DNA of 64,000 nucleotides from Planctomycetota bacterium (GTDB lineage Bacteria; Planctomycetota; Phycisphaerae; Sedimentisphaerales; Anaerobacaceae): NCBI GenBank assembly GCA_023481165.1, contig JAMCWO010000191.1, positions 1,434 to 65,433 of the forward strand, read 5' to 3'. Shown piece by piece: positions 60,041 to 64,000 of this stretch (position 1 is its first letter; each line of letters starts with the position of its first letter). The notes under the pieces were generated by a model. It saw only the letters and a program-made list of their open reading frames with translations, ran no database searches and was not told where the DNA came from. The position numbers and the translations under genes were made by a program.

Positions 60041-60916
60041 TCAACCGCCAGTGCTCTTCTGGATGGTGGCTTCGAGCTTGTCGCCGAGGCCGAAGGGGCG
60101 GCCGGACCAGTAGTAGATGTTCACTAAGAGTTGCTTGGGCCAGAGCTTCTGCGAGGGCTTGGATTCACTGCCTGGGGCGGGCTTGACGCCCCGTTTGGTG
60201 AAGCACTGATAGAGACCATGAATTTCAGGAATGCCATAGCTGTAAACTTGCACGCTCGCCACTTGCTGGGCCAAGGGGCCCTGCCGAAAGAGGTTCCGCA
60301 GGGTCCCGGCCGTGAAGTAGTTGCAGTGGCCGGGCGGATTCACCAGCCGGCCCTTGACCAGATGCAGCCGGATGGGCAGCGAGCCGTAGTTGGGGACGGT
60401 GAAGTAGGCGCGGCCGCCGGGTTTGAGGATCTCCACGATCCGCCGCACGTGCTCCAGGGGCCGGCCGATGTGCTCCAGGGCGGAGGTGCTCGTGATGATG
60501 TCGAACGTGCCGGGGGCGATGTCCGCCTCTTCGATCCGAGGCAGAACCGAGTAGCCGTAGCGTTGGGCACACGTGCGGGCCCAAGGCGAGGGGTCGCTGC
60601 CTGTGCAGATGCAGCCCTGCTTTTGGAATTGCCGCAGCAGCACACCGTTGCCGCAGCCGATGTCCAGGACCTTCAGGCCGGTCCGGCCCTGCGTCAGCCG
60701 GGCGACGATGCGGCCGAACCACAGGAAGTCGATCCCGCTTTGGACTTCGCGGTAATGCTGTTCGGCGAACTCGTCATAGGCGAAGTTCACCTGCTCGATC
60801 TGCTCGTCCGTGGCGTTGGCGTAGACGAACCGGCAATTCCGGCATTGCAGCAGCCCGTGTTCCCCGACCCGGCTCTTGTTCGCGCCGGGCCCGTTGCAGA
60901 TCGGACAGGGTTTCAT
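60041..60916 (-). CDS. class I SAM-dependent methyltransferase with an N-terminal Cys4 zinc ribbon
   Basis: MKPCPICNG ... LQCRNCRF is followed by LKVLDIGCGNGVLL. The ATG at 60916 overlaps the upstream stop (ATGA). Confidence 0.8.
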   Translation of the reverse strand: MKPCPICNGPGANKSRVGEHGLLQCRNCRFVYANATDEQIEQVNFAYDEFAEQHYREVQSGIDFLWFGRIVARLTQGRTGLKVLDIGCGNGVLLRQFQKQGCICTGSDPSPWARTCAQRYGYSVLPRIEEADIAPGTFDIITSTSALEHIGRPLEHVRRIVEILKPGGRAYFTVPNYGSLPIRLHLVKGRLVNPPGHCNYFTAGTLRNLFRQGPLAQQVASVQVYSYGIPEIHGLYQCFTKRGVKPAPGSESKPSQKLWPKQLLVNIYYWSGRPFGLGDKLEATIQKSTGG

Positions 60917-61899
60917 CGTTTCGCGCTCCAGTATAGTTGATAGACCGCGCCCAAGAGGCCGAGAAAGACGAGGCCCGAGAACATCACCATCGACATCAAC
61001 AAAGCGGCAGGTTTGGTGACGCCATACAGGCCCAGCAGGCCCACGAGGGTCACTTCCCGTACGCCGAGATTGGCGATCGTGATCGGGATCTTGCCTAGGA
61101 CGAAGACGACCGCGCAGAGCCAAACCAGGGCCCCGAGCGGCACAATGACAGAGGCCGCCCGAGCGGCCAGGAAGTAGAGCAACAGGCCGACCAGAAGCCC
61201 GTCGATGAGATTGATCAAAGCGATGATAGAGTGGAATCGCCAGCCGGCAGTCTGAAAGACCGCAATCTGCTCCAGCATGGCCCGGCCTTTCTCCTGGACC
61301 CATCGCGGCCACGGCTTGAGAGCGGCCATCAGCAGCCGGATCGCCAGCCCGCCCGTCCGCTCATTCAAGACAAGAATAGATAACCCGATGATGAACACAG
61401 CCAAGACGATGCAAACAACCGGCAAGAACGACGACCGTCCCGCATCCGGTGCTGCGGCCTGCGTCGGCACGGCCAGCACCAGCGCCACCAGACCGGCGAC
61501 CACCATCACGACCGCCAGGGTCGCCTGGTTGTACAGCATGCTGCTCAGGACATTGACCCCTTTGCCCGTGGAGCGTTTGAGAATGTACCACTTGACGCCC
61601 GTGCTCACGATGCCGGGCAGAAAGAGACTATAGTAGGCCGTGACGCAGGTCGTGGCAAACAACGTGTGCAGCCCCACTTCGCAGTCCTGCTTGCGCAGGA
61701 TGATCCGCAGGGCGTACGCTTGCAGGAGGGAGAAGAGCACGGTGGCCAGCCACACGCCGACGAGATAGTGCCACCGCGCGGCCTGGGCCGTCGCGCGGAA
61801 CTGCTCAAAGCCCACCTGCGAGAAGACCCAGGCCAGCAGGAGGGCCGCCACGGAGAGCTTGGCGGCGAGTTTGAGAATCTGTTTGGTGCGGACGGACAT
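60913..61899 (-). CDS. flippase-like (LPG-synthase TM / UPF0104) membrane protein
   Basis: KQILKLAAKLSVAALLLAWVFSQV and about eight TM helices. ATG at 61899. The track ORF starts at a GTG two codons upstream. Confidence 0.65.
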   Translation of the reverse strand: MSVRTKQILKLAAKLSVAALLLAWVFSQVGFEQFRATAQAARWHYLVGVWLATVLFSLLQAYALRIILRKQDCEVGLHTLFATTCVTAYYSLFLPGIVSTGVKWYILKRSTGKGVNVLSSMLYNQATLAVVMVVAGLVALVLAVPTQAAAPDAGRSSFLPVVCIVLAVFIIGLSILVLNERTGGLAIRLLMAALKPWPRWVQEKGRAMLEQIAVFQTAGWRFHSIIALINLIDGLLVGLLLYFLAARAASVIVPLGALVWLCAVVFVLGKIPITIANLGVREVTLVGLLGLYGVTKPAALLMSMVMFSGLVFLGLLGAVYQLYWSAKR

Positions 61900-61914
61900 G
61901 GCCACCGTTCGAAA

Positions 61915-62745
61915 TTACCGATTATGCCCCAGGATCAGGATGCGTCGCGAGAAGGTCAGTTGCAGCTTGTAGAGCCGACTGCACACGGGGCAGGACGGCC
62001 GCAGCGCCTCCCATGCGCCGAACGGCATCCGCGAAGCAATGCTCGACAGAATCACGGCGGCGGCGCCGCGGAAGGGGCCGCTCATATAGCCGCTCCGGAT
62101 GTCTTCGTAGCCCGCGTTGACCAGAAGCTGGTCGAGTCGGCGCCGGGTTGTGACATAGTTGTGCGAGAAGTCGCAGTTGAAGAACTGGCCGCGCCAGCTC
62201 AGATAATCGGGCGAATGAATCAGGAATTTGCCGCCCGGGTTCAAGACCTGCCGGACCTGGCACGCCGTAGCGAGGGCCTGCTCCAGGCCGTTCATGTGCT
62301 CCATCACGTTGACCATGACCACGAGATCGAACTGGCGGTCGAGGGCGGGCAGCGGCGGGACCCGGGCGCAGAGGACCTGGGCGCCCTTGTGCCGCAGAGC
62401 TTCGGCCAATCCGGCGTTCGGCTCGATGGCATGGTACTCCATCTTTCGGCCGAGGCACAGGTCGGCGAACTCGCCCCGCCCCGGCCCGATCTCCAGGATG
62501 CTGCTGCCTGGGGCCACCTCCGCAAAGGCCAGCATCCGCTCGAAGGCCCGCCGCACGAGCCGCAGCCCTACACCCGTCGGCGGCTGGGCCTTCCGCAAAT
62601 GATCGAAAAAAGCCGCCGCTTGCGTCTCGCGGGCATCTTGCCCGCGAATCGAGGGCGGGACGGGGTCCCCAACGCGCAATTCTGCGTTGGGGAGCCCCTC
62701 GCCCTCGACACGGCCCCCATCCGTTGTCTTTTGTTCGTCCGTCAT
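61915..62745 (-). CDS. class I SAM-dependent methyltransferase
   Basis: SILEIGPGRGEFADL and a later DLVVMVNVMEH. The start overlaps the upstream stop (ATGA), which supports the long N-terminus carrying a palindromic element. Confidence 0.75.
   Translation of the reverse strand: MTDEQKTTDGGRVEGEGLPNAELRVGDPVPPSIRGQDARETQAAAFFDHLRKAQPPTGVGLRLVRRAFERMLAFAEVAPGSSILEIGPGRGEFADLCLGRKMEYHAIEPNAGLAEALRHKGAQVLCARVPPLPALDRQFDLVVMVNVMEHMNGLEQALATACQVRQVLNPGGKFLIHSPDYLSWRGQFFNCDFSHNYVTTRRRLDQLLVNAGYEDIRSGYMSGPFRGAAAVILSSIASRMPFGAWEALRPSCPVCSRLYKLQLTFSRRILILGHNR
62667..62692. repeat. CCCCAACGC...GCGTTGGGG hairpin element (copy 3), inside a methyltransferase N-terminus
   Basis: CCCCAACGCgcaattctGCGTTGGGG with GGGGT/AGCCCC flanks. 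It is translated as GLPNAELRVGDP. Confidence 0.7.
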
Positions 62746-63542
62746 TTCTTCTTCCTCGCGATCAGCACACGCTCATCGGCGCAGCGATCCTTATACTCAT
62801 GATAGACCCGCAAGTCATAAATCGCCTTGTAGAGAAGATAGTCGTGCTCCAGCACGACCTCGAAGCCCTGCGCCCGCAGGACCTGCTCAATCCGGTCCCA
62901 CTCGATGTGGTCATCGGGCCAGACGTGAATGTCGCCCTCCCTCTTGTAGCGGGGATCAGCCAGGCGGCGCAGGATGTGCTTGTAGCCCCGCACATCCAGC
63001 GCCCGCGACAATATCCGGCGCCAGTCAACACGCGGCCTCGCCTTCCTCAGGAACTCGGCGTACTCCGGCGGCCTGCGGTAGTAGTCCGGCGTCACCTCGT
63101 GGTCGAGGTAGAGGACTCCGCCCGGCTTCAGGACCCGGCCCATCTCCCGTACGATCGCCAGGTAGTCCGGCACGTGGTGCAGAACCGAATAGGTGGCCGC
63201 GAGATCGAAGTGCGCCTCGGGCACATTGGCCAGGTCGGTCCCGTTGAGCCGGAGCGTCTCCGACAAGCCGGTCGCGGCGAACTTGCGGCGGATGCCTTCG
63301 AGAAAATCGTCGGAGACGTCGGCGGAGACGGTGTGAACGCCCAGATCGATCAGGTGCCTCGTCAGATTGCCGGAGCCGCAGCCGAAATCGAGCGCGCGCA
63401 CCGGTTGGGCGCCTGTCTGCACCGACTGCACGGCTTCCCGCAGCAGGCCGTGCAGCCGCTGCTGCTCGATGGAGTTGAAGATGTCGCCATGTACGTACTC
63501 GTACCCCGCGGCATCCGCACCTTTGTAGTATTCACGTTCCAC
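62742..63542 (-). CDS. class I SAM-dependent methyltransferase
   Basis: VRALDFGCGSGNLTRHL and GVLYLDHE. GTG start at 63542, with the exact start uncertain. Confidence 0.75.
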   Translation of the reverse strand: MEREYYKGADAAGYEYVHGDIFNSIEQQRLHGLLREAVQSVQTGAQPVRALDFGCGSGNLTRHLIDLGVHTVSADVSDDFLEGIRRKFAATGLSETLRLNGTDLANVPEAHFDLAATYSVLHHVPDYLAIVREMGRVLKPGGVLYLDHEVTPDYYRRPPEYAEFLRKARPRVDWRRILSRALDVRGYKHILRRLADPRYKREGDIHVWPDDHIEWDRIEQVLRAQGFEVVLEHDYLLYKAIYDLRVYHEYKDRCADERVLIARKKK

Positions 63543-64000
63543 GGAGGGGCCCCTGAGTCGATACTAATCGTTCATAAATCTCTGCCATTTGCCGGACCTG
63601 CTCCCGGCCGTCAAAGGAGGAGGCCTGCTCGAAAGCGTTGTGGCTCAGCGTCTGACGCAGCGTGGCATTCTCCTGGAGCCGGCGGATGGCCTCGGCAATC
63701 GCCTCGGGAGAAAGCTGCGGAAGAATGGTCCCGGTCCGGCCGTCCTGGACCAGCTCGGGCAGCCCGCCGACGGGCGATACGATCACCGGCACTTTCATCC
63801 GCATCATTTCCAGAGCCGCGATCCCGAACGCCTCGCGGCGGCTGGGGACCACGCCTGCGTCGAAGGCCCGCATCACCGTCGCCGGGTTCTCGTGCAGCCC
63901 CGCCAAGACCACGACACGGTCCAAGTCCAGCGTACGAATGCGGCGCTCCAAACGTTCCCGCTCCGGACCGGCGCCGACAAGGAGGAAACACCGGGAGCTT
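63532..64000 (-). CDS. GT4-family glycosyltransferase, C-terminal part (gene continues past the right edge)
   Basis: The frame stays open to the window end (..SSRCFLLVGAGPERERLERRIRTLDLDRVVVLAG). VVPSRREAFGIAALEMMRMKVPVIVSPVGGLPELV is the GT-B E-x7-E region. Confidence 0.8.
   Translation of the reverse strand, partial: SSRCFLLVGAGPERERLERRIRTLDLDRVVVLAGLHENPATVMRAFDAGVVPSRREAFGIAALEMMRMKVPVIVSPVGGLPELVQDGRTGTILPQLSPEAIAEAIRRLQENATLRQTLSHNAFEQASSFDGREQVRQMAEIYERLVSTQGPLRGT

Noticed and set aside
1-64000. Search for a prophage, integrative element or IS (integrase, transposase, att-like tRNA flank).
   Set aside because: I recognised no integrase, transposase, recombinase, phage structural gene or tRNA. 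The only mobile-looking DNA is the set of short non-coding palindromic elements.

Overview
High-GC, gene-dense chromosomal segment. The gene content points to a Planctomycetota/PVC-type bacterium (inference): prepilin-leader proteins, a giant Ser/Thr kinase paired with an ECF sigma factor, and many small palindromic repeats. I support about 58 protein-coding genes. I found no rRNA, tRNA, CRISPR array, transposase or integrase. Main blocks: (1) 0.2-13.4 kb is a nickel/metal block. It holds nikR, a minus-strand operon of M50 site-2 protease, HtrA, TolC-like, MFP and CzcA-type RND genes, and nik(MN)QO ECF-type uptake genes with a candidate NikR box between two divergent promoters. (2) 15.1-21.2 kb holds a kinase-associated ECF sigma factor plus a 1764-codon Ser/Thr kinase ORF that contains an internal signal peptide and so may be two genes. 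(3) 27.7-34.7 kb is the most unusual locus. An ECF sigma factor is followed by an anti-sigma factor whose extracytoplasmic domain is DUF4139-like, then by three secreted paralogues of that same domain. (4) 37.5-40.7 kb is a 2-oxoacid:ferredoxin oxidoreductase operon interrupted by an MNT nucleotidyltransferase and a truncated HEPN gene. (5) 46.2-47.5 kb is an operon of a His-rich membrane protein and a Fur-family regulator, with a palindromic operator over its promoter. (6) 60-64 kb is a cluster of methyltransferase, flippase-like and glycosyltransferase genes. At least seven families of REP/MITE-like palindromic elements occur across the window, and three copies lie in frame inside coding sequences. 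A 1.1-kb intergenic region (57.4-58.5 kb) carries nine direct copies of a 20-nt motif. All family names come from motif recognition by eye and need profile searches to confirm.
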